From: Acidimicrobiia bacterium
GTDB taxonomy: Bacteria > Actinomycetota > Acidimicrobiia > Acidimicrobiales > JANYDT01
Assembly (NCBI GenBank): GCA_043719425.1
Contig: JAYSTV010000611.1
Location: 1-30,687, forward strand
Direction: 5' to 3'
DNA: 30,687 nucleotides
Both the position numbers and the translations under genes were made by a program. Shown piece by piece: positions 7,027-16,709 of the stretch (its first letter is position 1; the number at the start of each line of letters is the position of its first letter). A model generated the notes under the pieces. The model was not told the DNA's origin and ran no database searches. It worked only from the letters and a program-made list of their open reading frames with translations.

Positions 7027-7508
7027 GTCTCCGATGCTGTCATCTCCGCGGCCATACCTTCGGCGCGTTCACGAGCCTCGATGAGTTTCGTCCGCATCGC
7101 CAGGAACGCGACGACCGCAGAGACGACGACGATCAGCACCAGGACCACGATCACCGAAGCGGGTAGCCGACGAACCACCGAGAACACGTAGATCTCCGGG
7201 GCCAAAAAACCGAGGAGGGCGCCGAGGGTCCACCACGACGTACGCCGATGATCGCTCGCCACCACGGCCCGCACGAGATGGACGCCGGAGAATCCGTAGA
7301 GCAACGACGACACGATCTCCACCACCGCAAACGCTTTGACCGACAGGCCGTACTCGGTCAGAAACGCTCCGGCCAGGGCAATCCGTATCAGCCCGTACGC
7401 AAGCGTGACGACGACCCAGCCGCGCTCCAGCAGTTCGCGGTTCTCCCGGCCGAATCGCCGGGTCCGCGTCCACCAATGGACGCGATGTTCGCCGGAGCCC
7501 GACGTCAC
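6981..7508 (-). CDS. Hypothetical membrane protein (about 4 TM)
   Basis: GTG 7508 overlaps the DUF2461 stop (GTGA). Hydrophobic segments are present. The 3' end overlaps the next gene by 46 nt. Confidence 0.7.
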   Translation of the reverse strand: MTSGSGEHRVHWWTRTRRFGRENRELLERGWVVVTLAYGLIRIALAGAFLTEYGLSVKAFAVVEIVSSLLYGFSGVHLVRAVVASDHRRTSWWTLGALLGFLAPEIYVFSVVRRLPASVIVVLVLIVVVSAVVAFLAMRTKLIEARERAEGMAAEMTASETWMQEQSSSEQGITD

Positions 7509-8173
7509 CGGAACTCGTCGGGCATCAACAAGCTCGGACCCACGTGCGCGTCGAGCCAACGCTGGATCGGCTTCGTCGCCACCCATGCCTTCTCGACCTT
7601 GGCCACCACCGATGGTCCGCCTAGCCACGACGGCGCGCCGAAGTCGACCGAGCCAATCACGCCCTTCCATTGCAGCAGCGCAATGCGCTGATGATCACGG
7701 GGATAGCCCCGTGGCGCGGTCTTCAGCGGCTCGCCGTGCCCGTGACTCACCGACGCCTTGGCTTTGCGCACCTCGGCGATCGCCGTCTCCAGTTTGGGGC
7801 CAACGCGATCGTCGGCCACGGCGGCCCGGTAGCGCTCGAGCTGATCGGTCGCCATGGAGTAGTAACCGCACGCCGCCATGAGCCCCTTGGCCGAAAGCTG
7901 CACGTAGACGATCGAGCCGCCTTCGAGTTCACCCACGGCACCGGTATGGGTCTTGTACGGCGTCTTATCCTTGGCGAAGCGTACGTCGCGATACGGACGA
8001 AAGACCGTGAGCGGCCGGTACTGAGCGTTGACCGCCTCGGTCAGCGCCTTCATGGGCCCGCGTACGTCGGATTCGTAGAGCGCGGCGTTCGCCGTCCAGT
8101 AGGTCTTCGAGTTGTCGGCCTCTAGCCCAGCGAAGAACGCCGTGGCCTGGGGACCGAATCCGGAGAATGCCAT
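7505..8173 (-). CDS. DUF2461 family protein
   Basis: FSGF...FFAGLEADNSKTYW; FRPYRDVRFAKDKTPYKTH; LKTAPRGYPRDH. Confidence 0.9.
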   Translation of the reverse strand: MAFSGFGPQATAFFAGLEADNSKTYWTANAALYESDVRGPMKALTEAVNAQYRPLTVFRPYRDVRFAKDKTPYKTHTGAVGELEGGSIVYVQLSAKGLMAACGYYSMATDQLERYRAAVADDRVGPKLETAIAEVRKAKASVSHGHGEPLKTAPRGYPRDHQRIALLQWKGVIGSVDFGAPSWLGGPSVVAKVEKAWVATKPIQRWLDAHVGPSLLMPDEFR

Positions 8174-8231
8174 GAACCATCTTCGCTCAGCGCCCCACTA
8201 CTACACGCCGCGCAAACTACCCTTGGCGTTC

Positions 8232-9008
8232 ATGGCGACCGCTCCCGTTCACCCGGCCGCCGAGCCGTGTGAAGTCACCCGGTCGGCGGCTCGACGCGGC
8301 TGGTCCGTGCACCTCTTCACCACGACCGGCATCGTCGTGGGCATGCTCGCCCTGCAGGCGGTGTTCAACGCCAAGCCCCGCGAGGCGATTTTCTACCTCC
8401 TACTCACGCAGATCATCGACGGGATCGATGGGCCGATGGCGCGCAGCGTCGACATCGTGACCAGCGTGCCGCGTATCGACGGCTACGTGCTCGACCTGGT
8501 CATCGACTACGTGACCTGCGTGGTTGTCCCGGCGGCGTTTCTCCATCAGTTCGATCTCCTGCCCCACGCACTGTCACTCCCCATGGCCGGCCTCGTCGTG
8601 TTCCTTTCGGCCATCTGGTTCTCGCGCACCGACATGATGACCGAGGACAATTGGTTCCGAGGTTTCCCCGCCACGTGGAACCTCGTGGCGCCCACGTTCT
8701 TCCTGCTCGGCACGCCAAAGTGGGCCAACGCCGCGGCCACCCTGGCCCTCTGCGTCCTCATGGTCACCAACGTCCGCTTTCCCCATCCGGTTCGCTCCGA
8801 AGGCGGACGGATCTTCACCCTGCCCATCACCGTGGCCTGGCTGCTCGCCATGACCTGGGCCACGCAGCGATTGCCAACGCGGTCCGTCGTTGGTCGCGCT
8901 GGTCTCATCGCCGCCGTCGGGTATTTCTTCGGCCTCTGTCTGTGGAAGACCCGCCAGGCGGCCATCACGCCCACGCTCGCTACTCCGACCGCGCAGGCGG
9001 CAACGTAG
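8232..9008 (+). CDS. pcs: CDP-alcohol phosphatidyltransferase, phosphatidylcholine synthase (Pcs)-like
   Basis: VHLFTTTG; DGIDGPMAR...IDGYVLDLVIDYVTCVVVPA; NWFRGFPATWN. Start taken at ATG 8232. Confidence 0.75.
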   Translation: MATAPVHPAAEPCEVTRSAARRGWSVHLFTTTGIVVGMLALQAVFNAKPREAIFYLLLTQIIDGIDGPMARSVDIVTSVPRIDGYVLDLVIDYVTCVVVPAAFLHQFDLLPHALSLPMAGLVVFLSAIWFSRTDMMTEDNWFRGFPATWNLVAPTFFLLGTPKWANAAATLALCVLMVTNVRFPHPVRSEGGRIFTLPITVAWLLAMTWATQRLPTRSVVGRAGLIAAVGYFFGLCLWKTRQAAITPTLATPTAQAAT

Positions 9009-9818
9009 ATGACCAGCCGCCGCTTCGACGAACTCGCTGTGCATGACCTCGGCGATCACATCACCGAGTCGTCGATCCTGCTCCTCCCGCTCGGCGCGAT
9101 CGAGGCCCACGGACCACACCTTCCGCTCAACACCGATCTCATGATCGCGCAACACGCCGCGGATCGCGTCACGGCCGAGTTCGGAGATGCCCTCGACGTG
9201 TGGCTGCTTCCGGCCCTCAGCTACACGAAGAGCAACGAGCACGCGTGGGCGCCCGGAACCGTGTGGCTATCGATGACCACAATGCTCGCCGTGCTCAACG
9301 ACATCGCCCGTTCGCTGGCCACGACGGAGGCCCGCAAGCTGGTGTTCGTCAACGGTCACGGCGGCAACAGTGCCCTGCTTCAGGTCGCCCTGCGCGAGCT
9401 CCGCCTGGCCTACGGATTTCAGACCTTCCTCATGCAGCCGTTCGTGGTGAGCGGCGAGGGGAACGAGTTCGGTATGCCCATCCACGGCGGGCACGACGAA
9501 ACGTCGATGCTGATGGCGATCCGTCCCGACCTCGTCGATGTCACGAAAGCAGTGCGCGCCGTTCCCGAGCGGCTGGCGTCGAACCGCCATGTTCGTTTCG
9601 GTGGCAGCGTGAGTTTCGGCTGGTTGTCCAACGATTTCGAAGCCGTGCCCGGCGATGGACAGTTGCCGATCGGTCTCATCGGCGACGGCACCGGCGCAAC
9701 TGCGGAACTCGGAGCGCAACTGTGGGATCGCGTGATCGCCACGATGGGTGAAGCCCTCGCCGAGATCAGCGCCTGGGACAGCCGTTCGTTCGGCCCCGGA
9801 GAGGCGCCGGTTCTCTAG
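9009..9818 (+). CDS. Creatininase / creatinine amidohydrolase family protein
   Basis: LPLGAIEAHGPHLPLNTD, VNGHGGN, HGGHDETS. ATG directly follows the TAG of the pcs-like gene. Confidence 0.88.
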   Translation: MTSRRFDELAVHDLGDHITESSILLLPLGAIEAHGPHLPLNTDLMIAQHAADRVTAEFGDALDVWLLPALSYTKSNEHAWAPGTVWLSMTTMLAVLNDIARSLATTEARKLVFVNGHGGNSALLQVALRELRLAYGFQTFLMQPFVVSGEGNEFGMPIHGGHDETSMLMAIRPDLVDVTKAVRAVPERLASNRHVRFGGSVSFGWLSNDFEAVPGDGQLPIGLIGDGTGATAELGAQLWDRVIATMGEALAEISAWDSRSFGPGEAPVL

Positions 9819-9862
9819 ACGGAAACTCGGCGCTACTTCGTGCACGTAGCATGTTGGGTGCA

Positions 9863-11767
9863 ATGTCGGGCTTCTCTCTACGCGCGCGCTTGGGCACGAT
9901 CGGTGCGGTCGCCATCGTGGTCGGCCTGGCCGGGGCGGCCTACGGCGATGCTCGTTCCTTCGACGGACGAGTGCTGCGCAACGTCACCATCGCCGGGCGC
10001 AACGTCGGCGGGCTCGATGCCGCCGGGTTGGAGAAGGCGATTGATTCTGTCGAGGAAACCATGCGGGCCGCACCGGTGCGCATCGCCACGCCAACGGGCG
10101 GATTTTCGTTTCCGGGCGCATCGTTCGGTCTGACCGTCGATCGACCCCGACTGCGCGCCGCAGCTCTGGCCGCCGGTCGAGAACCTTCACTCGGTCATCG
10201 GCTCCGTCGCTACGTTTCGGCCTTCAGCACTCCGTTCGATATCGCCGTGCCGGTGATGGTCGCCAACGACAAGACGGTGAGCGTGCTGCAAGAGGGCGAA
10301 GGGTCACGTCGCCGCGACCCCGTCGACCCGAAGCTCAAGGTCCGCAACGGCTCGTTCTCGATTCTTCCCGGTAGCGATGGCGAGGGTATCGACGCGCGCA
10401 TCGTCGCCGACACGATCGAGAGCGAGGTTGCCGCCGGCCGTTTCCCGGTCACCGTGGCGGCCACCAGCGTGGCGCTACCGTCGCAGTACACGACGGAAGA
10501 ACTCGCCGGCCTATCGGCGAGGGCCACCGCCCTCACGGCGCGTCCGATCGAAGTAACCGCCAACGGCTCGTCATACACGATTTCCACCGACAACCTGCGC
10601 GACTGGGTCCGGCCGAGCATCGTAAACCGCCAGGTCCGCCTCACCCTCGATCCCGACGAGACCTTGTCCGGTCTGCGCAAGATCTTCGGCGGCGAGATCG
10701 TTCGTCCGGCCCGTAACGCGCAGCTACTCATCGGCAGTGCCGGTGACGTGGTCACCCTCGCGTCGGAGCAAGGACTTCGCTGTTGTGCGGCGTCGACCTA
10801 TCAGCGGCTCGAAGCGGTCTTCGCCGGCGCTGCCAGTCCACCGGTCGCCCTCGATCTGGATGTGATTGAACCGACGCTAACGACCGACGAAGTGAGCACT
10901 CTCGGAGTCACCGAGCAGATCTCCACGTTCACCACTCGCCACCGCGCAGGCGAAGATCGCGTCAAGAACATCCACCGCATCGCCGACCTGTTGCGCGGCA
11001 CCGTGATCAAGCCGGGCGAGACGTTCTCGGTCAACGAAACCATCGGACCGCGCACACCGGCAAAGGGTTTCATCGAAGCCCACGTGATCGAAGACGGGGT
11101 CTTCAAGGACTCCTTCGGCGGCGGTATCAGTCAGTTCGCCACGACCCTGTTCAACGCGTCGTTCTTCGCCGGCCTCGACATTCCCGCATACAAGGCCCAC
11201 TCGATCTACATCTCGCGCTATCCCTTCGGCCGCGAGGCCACGCTTTCCTTTCCCCGCCCGGATTTGAAGATCCGAAATACCACTCCCTACGGCGTGATGA
11301 TTTGGCCGACGTACACCGACTCGAGCCTCACGGTCTCGCTGTACTCCACGAAGTTCGCCACGGGCGAAGTCGCCGAGCAGAAGAAAAACGATCAGGGTCT
11401 GTGTACGAACGTCGAAACCACACGACGGATCACGCGTATCGACGGCACCTCCAAGACCGACACCTTCCGCGCCGTGTACCTTCCGAAGGAAGGCGTGAAC
11501 TGCAACGGTGATCCAACTCCGGGCGCAAGCACCACCACACTCAAGCCCCGCGAAACCATCGCCCCAGCAGAACCGGCGATCACGACCGGGAGCGGCGACA
11601 CGGTTCCGGCTTCGCGTGTCCCCGTGAGCAAGCCTCCGGCCTCTGCCCCGCCGGAGGCACCGCCCTCGTCGAAGAAGCCCTCGCCACCACCCACGACGGT
11701 TCCGGAGCCGCCAGCGAGCGGTGGCCCCGTGCCCGTCGGGTCCCCGGTCACAAACGTCGCCACGTAA
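9863..11767 (+). CDS. VanW-family protein with N-terminal membrane anchor, putative peptidoglycan-binding region and Pro/Ser/Thr-rich tail
   Basis: RVKNIHRIADLLRGTVIKPGETFSVNETIGPRT; GGGISQFATTLFNASFFAGL; HSIYISRYPFGREAT; DLKIRNTTP. Alternative start 9851. Confidence 0.88.
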   Translation: MSGFSLRARLGTIGAVAIVVGLAGAAYGDARSFDGRVLRNVTIAGRNVGGLDAAGLEKAIDSVEETMRAAPVRIATPTGGFSFPGASFGLTVDRPRLRAAALAAGREPSLGHRLRRYVSAFSTPFDIAVPVMVANDKTVSVLQEGEGSRRRDPVDPKLKVRNGSFSILPGSDGEGIDARIVADTIESEVAAGRFPVTVAATSVALPSQYTTEELAGLSARATALTARPIEVTANGSSYTISTDNLRDWVRPSIVNRQVRLTLDPDETLSGLRKIFGGEIVRPARNAQLLIGSAGDVVTLASEQGLRCCAASTYQRLEAVFAGAASPPVALDLDVIEPTLTTDEVSTLGVTEQISTFTTRHRAGEDRVKNIHRIADLLRGTVIKPGETFSVNETIGPRTPAKGFIEAHVIEDGVFKDSFGGGISQFATTLFNASFFAGLDIPAYKAHSIYISRYPFGREATLSFPRPDLKIRNTTPYGVMIWPTYTDSSLTVSLYSTKFATGEVAEQKKNDQGLCTNVETTRRITRIDGTSKTDTFRAVYLPKEGVNCNGDPTPGASTTTLKPRETIAPAEPAITTGSGDTVPASRVPVSKPPASAPPEAPPSSKKPSPPPTTVPEPPASGGPVPVGSPVTNVAT

Positions 11768-11812
11768 GCGAGGGTCCGCCGCAATCGGACCGGTCTCGCC
11801 AAAACTGACACG

Positions 11813-12787
11813 GTGATCACCGATTGCGCTGTGTATGTCCGCGGAGCACGCGGAGATGCTGACCTGACTCTCGACGCCGCGTTCGAGTCTCTCCACCAAG
11901 CCGACGCAATGGTGTGGATCGAACTCGTCAGCCCGACCGAGACCGAGATCGAAGCGGTAGCCAGCGAGCTCATGCTTCATCCGCTGGTGCTTGAGGACGC
12001 TCGAAAACCGCATCAACGACCAAAACTGGAGCTCTATCCGAACTCGGCCTTTCTCGTTCTAAAGACCATCGCGTCTCAAGACAACGACGGCCCATTGCGG
12101 TTCGGTGAGCTACAGATCGTGGTCGGTTCGCGTTTCGTCGTCACGATCCGCCACGGAGACTTCGATCCGGTGGCCGTCGCCCGAAACGTGCTCCAGAATA
12201 ATCCTGGCTTCTTCGCCCACGGCATTACCGCCGTGATCCATGCCCTCGCCGACGCCGTGATCGATCGTTACGAAACAGCCTGCGACGAGATCGAGGCATC
12301 GGTCGACAACATCGAAGCACTCGTGTTCGCACCAGAATCAAAAAACGCGGCCGAACTCATCTTCCGACAGAAGAGAAGCACACTTACTTTCGCACGAAAC
12401 GTTGGACCTCTCGTCGACGTGATCGGACGCTTGGCCGCGCATCGCGCCGTCTTCGAGACGCCCGATGCCGTGGCGCCGTACTTCCGTGACGCCGCCGATC
12501 ACCTGGCCCGCGTGCAATCGCGCCTTGACCAGTCACGCGAACTCTTGACGGCTGCACTCGAAGCGAACCTGGCGCAAATCAGCATTCGGCAAAACGAAGA
12601 TATGCGGGCCATGTCGGGCTGGGCGGCGATCATTGCCGTGCCCACGTTGTTCGCCGGGATCTGGGGCATGAACTTTCAACACATGCCTGAGCTCAACACC
12701 TTCTGGGGCTATCCCCTCGCCCTCATTGCCATCGTGGCCAGTAGCTACGGCGCCTACCGCCGCCTCAAACGCAACGGCTGGATGTAA
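11813..12787 (+). CDS. corA: CorA-family Mg2+/Co2+ transporter
   Basis: LHPLVLED...HQRPKLE; PTLFAGIWGMNF signature followed by a final TM helix. Confidence 0.93.
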   Translation: MITDCAVYVRGARGDADLTLDAAFESLHQADAMVWIELVSPTETEIEAVASELMLHPLVLEDARKPHQRPKLELYPNSAFLVLKTIASQDNDGPLRFGELQIVVGSRFVVTIRHGDFDPVAVARNVLQNNPGFFAHGITAVIHALADAVIDRYETACDEIEASVDNIEALVFAPESKNAAELIFRQKRSTLTFARNVGPLVDVIGRLAAHRAVFETPDAVAPYFRDAADHLARVQSRLDQSRELLTAALEANLAQISIRQNEDMRAMSGWAAIIAVPTLFAGIWGMNFQHMPELNTFWGYPLALIAIVASSYGAYRRLKRNGWM

Positions 12788-12796
12788 CGCGCCCAC

Positions 12797-14101
12797 CTAG
12801 AGGCCGAGCGACGTGAGGGCGGCTCCCGGCGCGGTGAGCACTTCGCTGGGCGGAAGACCGAGCCAGCCGGCGATCGTCGCGTAGTAGTCGGTCATCGACA
12901 CGGTGGCGGCCACGTTGCCGGACGGATCGAGCTGCTCGAAATTCACCGGGGCACCGTGTCGGCCCGGCCGCACCGGGCCAAGCAAGAGAGCCGTTGATGC
13001 CGCTCCATGATCGGTGCCACCAGCATTGGCTTCGGGACGCCGACCAAACTCACTGGTGGTCGCAATCAGGACCCGGTCGCTCAGACCGCTGCGGACGAGA
13101 TCGTTGTGGAAGGCGGTGAGCGCCACCCCGAGTTGACGCATCTGTTCCGGATGGGACCACTGGTGACCGGTGTGCGTATCGAACGATCCCCACGGTACGT
13201 GGATGACGCGCACGCCAACATTGAGCGACACGAGCTCGCGAGCGAGACCGAGGGCCGACGCAAGTCGGTTGTCGGGATACTTCGTCTTGCCGGTGATGCC
13301 ACCGAGACCGTTGAGCAACGTGAGGCCCGACGCCAGCCCAACGCGGGCCCGGGCCAGAAGATCGCCATCGACGAACTCAAGACCCTCGGTCTCACCGCCG
13401 CCATCGGTCAATGCGCCCATCGTCGGTCGCATGCGCGCGTCCTGGTCCTGGGTCAGCTCGCGCAACGAGTCGAGTCCCGGCAGGGCGACGGTCGGCGCCT
13501 TGGCACTCAGCAGTGCCGGGGTCGAGCCACCGCCCACGCTGACGCCAACGACCGGCGAGCCGGTGTCGAGCACATCGCAGCAGCGTCCGAGAAATCCGGT
13601 GCGATTGGTGCCGGTGCCGTCGGGATCACCCTGCCACCAACGAGTCATCATTCCCGTGTGCGAAAAGTCCGGCTTGGGCACGCCGAGCCCTTCAACGAAC
13701 GCCACGCGCGACGCCAACGGCGCCAGGCCCGCAGCGATCGAGTAGCGATCGTCGAAGCGAACGAGATCCTTCGGGTTCAACCACGCCCGATTGCGGAGCT
13801 GGCGAAAGCGAGCGTCGGCGGTCGGCACCAGCATCGAGAAACCATCGTTGCCACCTTGCAGCTCGATCACCACGAGCACGCGAGGTCCGCCCACGGGACG
13901 ACCGGCGACCAACGGGCCTTCCGCGACGGCGGTCTTCTTCTTCGACGCGCCCGACGCTCTCTTCGCTCGCTTGGCGGCGTCGGCTGACGAACCGTCGAGG
14001 TCAAGCGCGGCGGGAAGCAGGGTGGCTGTCGTTGTCAGCCCAACCATCGACAGAAACTGCCGACGCGAGACAACCGAGTTGGGTCGGGGGTCGGCAATCA
14101 T
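12797..14101 (-). CDS. DUF1501 family protein with twin-arginine (Tat)-like signal
   Basis: SRRQFL signal; VVIELQGGNDG; GSFDTHTGH; TSEFGRR...GGTDHG. Start taken at ATG 14101 (ORF is open from 14143). Confidence 0.88.
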   Translation of the reverse strand: MIADPRPNSVVSRRQFLSMVGLTTTATLLPAALDLDGSSADAAKRAKRASGASKKKTAVAEGPLVAGRPVGGPRVLVVIELQGGNDGFSMLVPTADARFRQLRNRAWLNPKDLVRFDDRYSIAAGLAPLASRVAFVEGLGVPKPDFSHTGMMTRWWQGDPDGTGTNRTGFLGRCCDVLDTGSPVVGVSVGGGSTPALLSAKAPTVALPGLDSLRELTQDQDARMRPTMGALTDGGGETEGLEFVDGDLLARARVGLASGLTLLNGLGGITGKTKYPDNRLASALGLARELVSLNVGVRVIHVPWGSFDTHTGHQWSHPEQMRQLGVALTAFHNDLVRSGLSDRVLIATTSEFGRRPEANAGGTDHGAASTALLLGPVRPGRHGAPVNFEQLDPSGNVAATVSMTDYYATIAGWLGLPPSEVLTAPGAALTSLGL

Positions 14102-14183
14102 TCGGGTTTCCAGACATGGTGAGGACACGAGTGTTGCGAGCACCGGAGCGAAGCGCAGAAGCGCAGCACCAAAGAACAGAACC

Positions 14184-15455
14184 TCATGCGAGGGAGAACT
14201 CCGGGGAGAGGAGGGCGGCGGTGAGCAGCCGGCGAGAGATCGTCAGTTCATCGGCATTGCCGGCGACGGCGAGAGCCGACTCGCGCAGCACGTTCAGCGT
14301 TCTCGTCGACACTTCGTGCAACGAGCACCGCGTGAGCGTGGCCGACACGAGGTCGCTGCCACCCGACGCCACGATTGGACTCATGCGCCACGAGATACTG
14401 CGCACATAGGCCGCTCGGGTCACGAACTGATCCGACGACAACCACTTGACCCCCGTGGGCCACCCCGCGGCGTTCGGTGGACGATGCGGCATCTGACCAA
14501 GGTCATTGAGCACCCAAGCGTTCACCGACTTTTCCTGGTCGGCCCGGAACGGTTCGATCGCATGCACCGCGGCCACCCACCATTCGATCGGAAGCTTCGG
14601 ACGATTCAGTCGTGACGAGAGGAATTCGTTGCCGCGCACGATGCTCTCGACGAGCGGACGGATTTCGTAGCCGCTACTCCGAAACTGCTGACCCAACTGC
14701 GCGCTTCGTTCGGCCGACGGACGAACGCCCACGAGGTTGGCGTAGATCTTCGACGCCACATTCGGGGCTGTCGCCTCGTGGCCAAGGACGAGATCAATGA
14801 CGTCGTCCACACCGAGCCGACCACGACGGCCGAGGAACACCACCTCTCCGCCCAAACTTCGCTCGGGCTTCTTCGTTACGGCTGCCGTTTCGTAGTCGAC
14901 CTCGTAGCCGGCCAACGCCAGAGCCCCGGCCTTCACGTCGGCTTCGGTGTACTTCCCCGGACCAATCGTGTAGAGCTCCATGAGTTCGCGGGCGAAATTC
15001 TCATTGGGTGCTTCGATCGACGATCCGGCGAGGTCGAGATAGAAGAGCATCGCCGGGTTCGTGGCCATCTGACGAACTAGTGTTCCGAAGTTCCCCATTG
15101 CATGTGTACGTAGTAATTGCTGCTGCGCGTGCAGCATGGCGAGGTTGCCAACCTTCTCGCTGCTCGTGGCGAAGTGGTTGTGCCAGAACCAGGTCATGCG
15201 CTCGTGAAGGCCAGCGCCCGTTGACCGGAGGTTCCCGGTCCAGCCATTCATTGCGTCTTCCCAGCCATCCTGACGGCTCTGGGCCGGAGCGATAGCCAGC
15301 GGCGCTGAGTTCAGGGCCCAGTCGATGGCGGCATTGGCGGCCGCCTGGGGATTCGACGCGCCTCGAGAAAATCGAGCGACCCGTTCGGGGTCCGGCGCGA
15401 TCGCGCAGCGTCGAAGAACATGGGCGACCAGCGCCTCAGAAGATGGAGCACCCAC
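14184..15455 (-). CDS. DUF1800 family protein
   Basis: LHERMTWFWHNHFATS; PAMLFYLD; PNENFARELMELYTIG; YTEADVK; LGQMPHRPPNAAGWP. Confidence 0.9.
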   Translation of the reverse strand: MGAPSSEALVAHVLRRCAIAPDPERVARFSRGASNPQAAANAAIDWALNSAPLAIAPAQSRQDGWEDAMNGWTGNLRSTGAGLHERMTWFWHNHFATSSEKVGNLAMLHAQQQLLRTHAMGNFGTLVRQMATNPAMLFYLDLAGSSIEAPNENFARELMELYTIGPGKYTEADVKAGALALAGYEVDYETAAVTKKPERSLGGEVVFLGRRGRLGVDDVIDLVLGHEATAPNVASKIYANLVGVRPSAERSAQLGQQFRSSGYEIRPLVESIVRGNEFLSSRLNRPKLPIEWWVAAVHAIEPFRADQEKSVNAWVLNDLGQMPHRPPNAAGWPTGVKWLSSDQFVTRAAYVRSISWRMSPIVASGGSDLVSATLTRCSLHEVSTRTLNVLRESALAVAGNADELTISRRLLTAALLSPEFSLA

Positions 15456-15508
15456 GCCATCATTATCGGCAGGTGCACCTGAAATCTTGATGAAGTGGAG
15501 CCGGTAGC

Positions 15509-15907
15509 TCAGCTCACGTAGGCGCAGAGATCGAAGATGTTTCCCTCCGGGTCAGCGAGGGTGGCGATCATCCCGTAGGACTCTCGGCGATCGTCACGCA
15601 GCCGTCGTGCTCCGAGTAGCAACAGCCTGGCCACTTCCGAGTCGAAGTCGGCAACCTCGCAGGCCAGATCAAGATGGATTCGCGCCTTGTCGGCGCCGCT
15701 CCACGACGTTGGCGCGGGAAGCAGACCATCGATTCGCTGGACGCCGAGCACCCGGTGCCCGTCCGAGCCGAGCACGGTCCAGCGGCCATCGTCTTCGCTC
15801 TGCAACACGTCGAGGCCAAGCGCCTTCGCCCAAAAGGCCACCACGACCATTGCCTCGGCGGCGTCGATGGTGACGAGATCGAACCGCGAAGGCCGGGTCG
15901 CGTTCAC
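15509..15907 (-). CDS. VOC / glyoxalase-like protein
   Basis: VTIDA...FWAKALG; RIHLDL; LADPEGNIFDL. The start overlaps the LLM stop (GTGA). Confidence 0.85.
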   Translation of the reverse strand: MNATRPSRFDLVTIDAAEAMVVVAFWAKALGLDVLQSEDDGRWTVLGSDGHRVLGVQRIDGLLPAPTSWSGADKARIHLDLACEVADFDSEVARLLLLGARRLRDDRRESYGMIATLADPEGNIFDLCAYVS

Positions 15908-16704
15908 GACAGTTGCGCCCGCAGCAGCGTGAGTGTTTCTACGGCCTTGGCCATCATGTCGGCAATGGGGTCACCATCGATCAGGGCCATCCCAATCGTC
16001 TCCGGTTCATAGCGGCGAACGAGGTCGCCAAGACCGGCGGCGACCTTTGCCGGCGAGCCCGCCAAGGCCGACGGATTGGGCGCGGCGGCTTCCTTGAACT
16101 GAATCGAGGCAAACAGCGCGACGTCGATCGGACGGACCGATCGGGCCCAGGCCACTGGCGCGTCGAGCTTGGTGAGATCGAACCCGGAGAGGAACACGCC
16201 GTCGGCCTCACGCGAGGCGAGTCGATTGATTTGTTCGCCCTTCGAGCCCACATAGATCGGCACCTTCCGTGGCGGCGCGGCGTGGCCCGGAGGTGCGTAG
16301 CCCTCGACGGTGGTCCTCTGAGTCACGGCGCGGGCAATTCGGACCGCGTCGCGAATGAGCGCGACCGGCTTGTCGACGGTCAGCGCGAACGGGTCGAGCG
16401 ACATGGCTCCACCGACCCCGAAGCCGAGCATCGCTCGTCCACCGGAGAGCTCGTCGAGCGTCGCCACACTTGAAGCCATGGCGCCCGGATGACGAAGGGC
16501 CGGCGACGTGATGCCGATGCCGAACCGAATTCGCGACGTGAGCATGGCCGCCGCGCTGAAGGCCACGATGGGCTCGCGCGAAACGCCCTCGTCGGCGATC
16601 CAGCATTCATCGAACCCGGCGGCCTCGGCGGCCACGATGCCTTCGATCAGGTCACGGATCGGTGCAACCGGAAAGAACCAAACCCCGATCCGAGGACGCG
16701 CCAC
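15904..16704 (-). CDS. Compact LLM-class oxidoreductase, Mer-like, probably F420-dependent
   Basis: [14 protein letters not shown]; [16 protein letters not shown]; [16 protein letters not shown]; VPIYVG...LASREADGV. Confidence 0.82.
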   Translation of the reverse strand: MARPRIGVWFFPVAPIRDLIEGIVAAEAAGFDECWIADEGVSREPIVAFSAAAMLTSRIRFGIGITSPALRHPGAMASSVATLDELSGGRAMLGFGVGGAMSLDPFALTVDKPVALIRDAVRIARAVTQRTTVEGYAPPGHAAPPRKVPIYVGSKGEQINRLASREADGVFLSGFDLTKLDAPVAWARSVRPIDVALFASIQFKEAAAPNPSALAGSPAKVAAGLGDLVRRYEPETIGMALIDGDPIADMMAKAVETLTLLRAQLS

Positions 16705-16709
16705 GGCGA

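Noticed and set aside
11560-11767. Pro/Ser/Thr-rich low-complexity tail of the VanW protein as a novel repeat domain
   Set aside because: Such disordered tails are common on actinobacterial surface proteins, and there is no exact nucleotide repeat unit.
11769-11806. Hairpin GCGAG-GGTCC…GGACC-CTCGC after the VanW gene as an intrinsic terminator
   Set aside because: The stem is imperfect and has no 3' U-tract on the plus strand, so support is too weak to call.
14149-14166. GAAGCGCA tandem repeat (GAGCGAAGCGCAGAAGCGCAGC) between DUF1800 and DUF1501 as a REP element
   Set aside because: Only two 8-bp copies, no palindromic partner, and no other copy noticed in the window.
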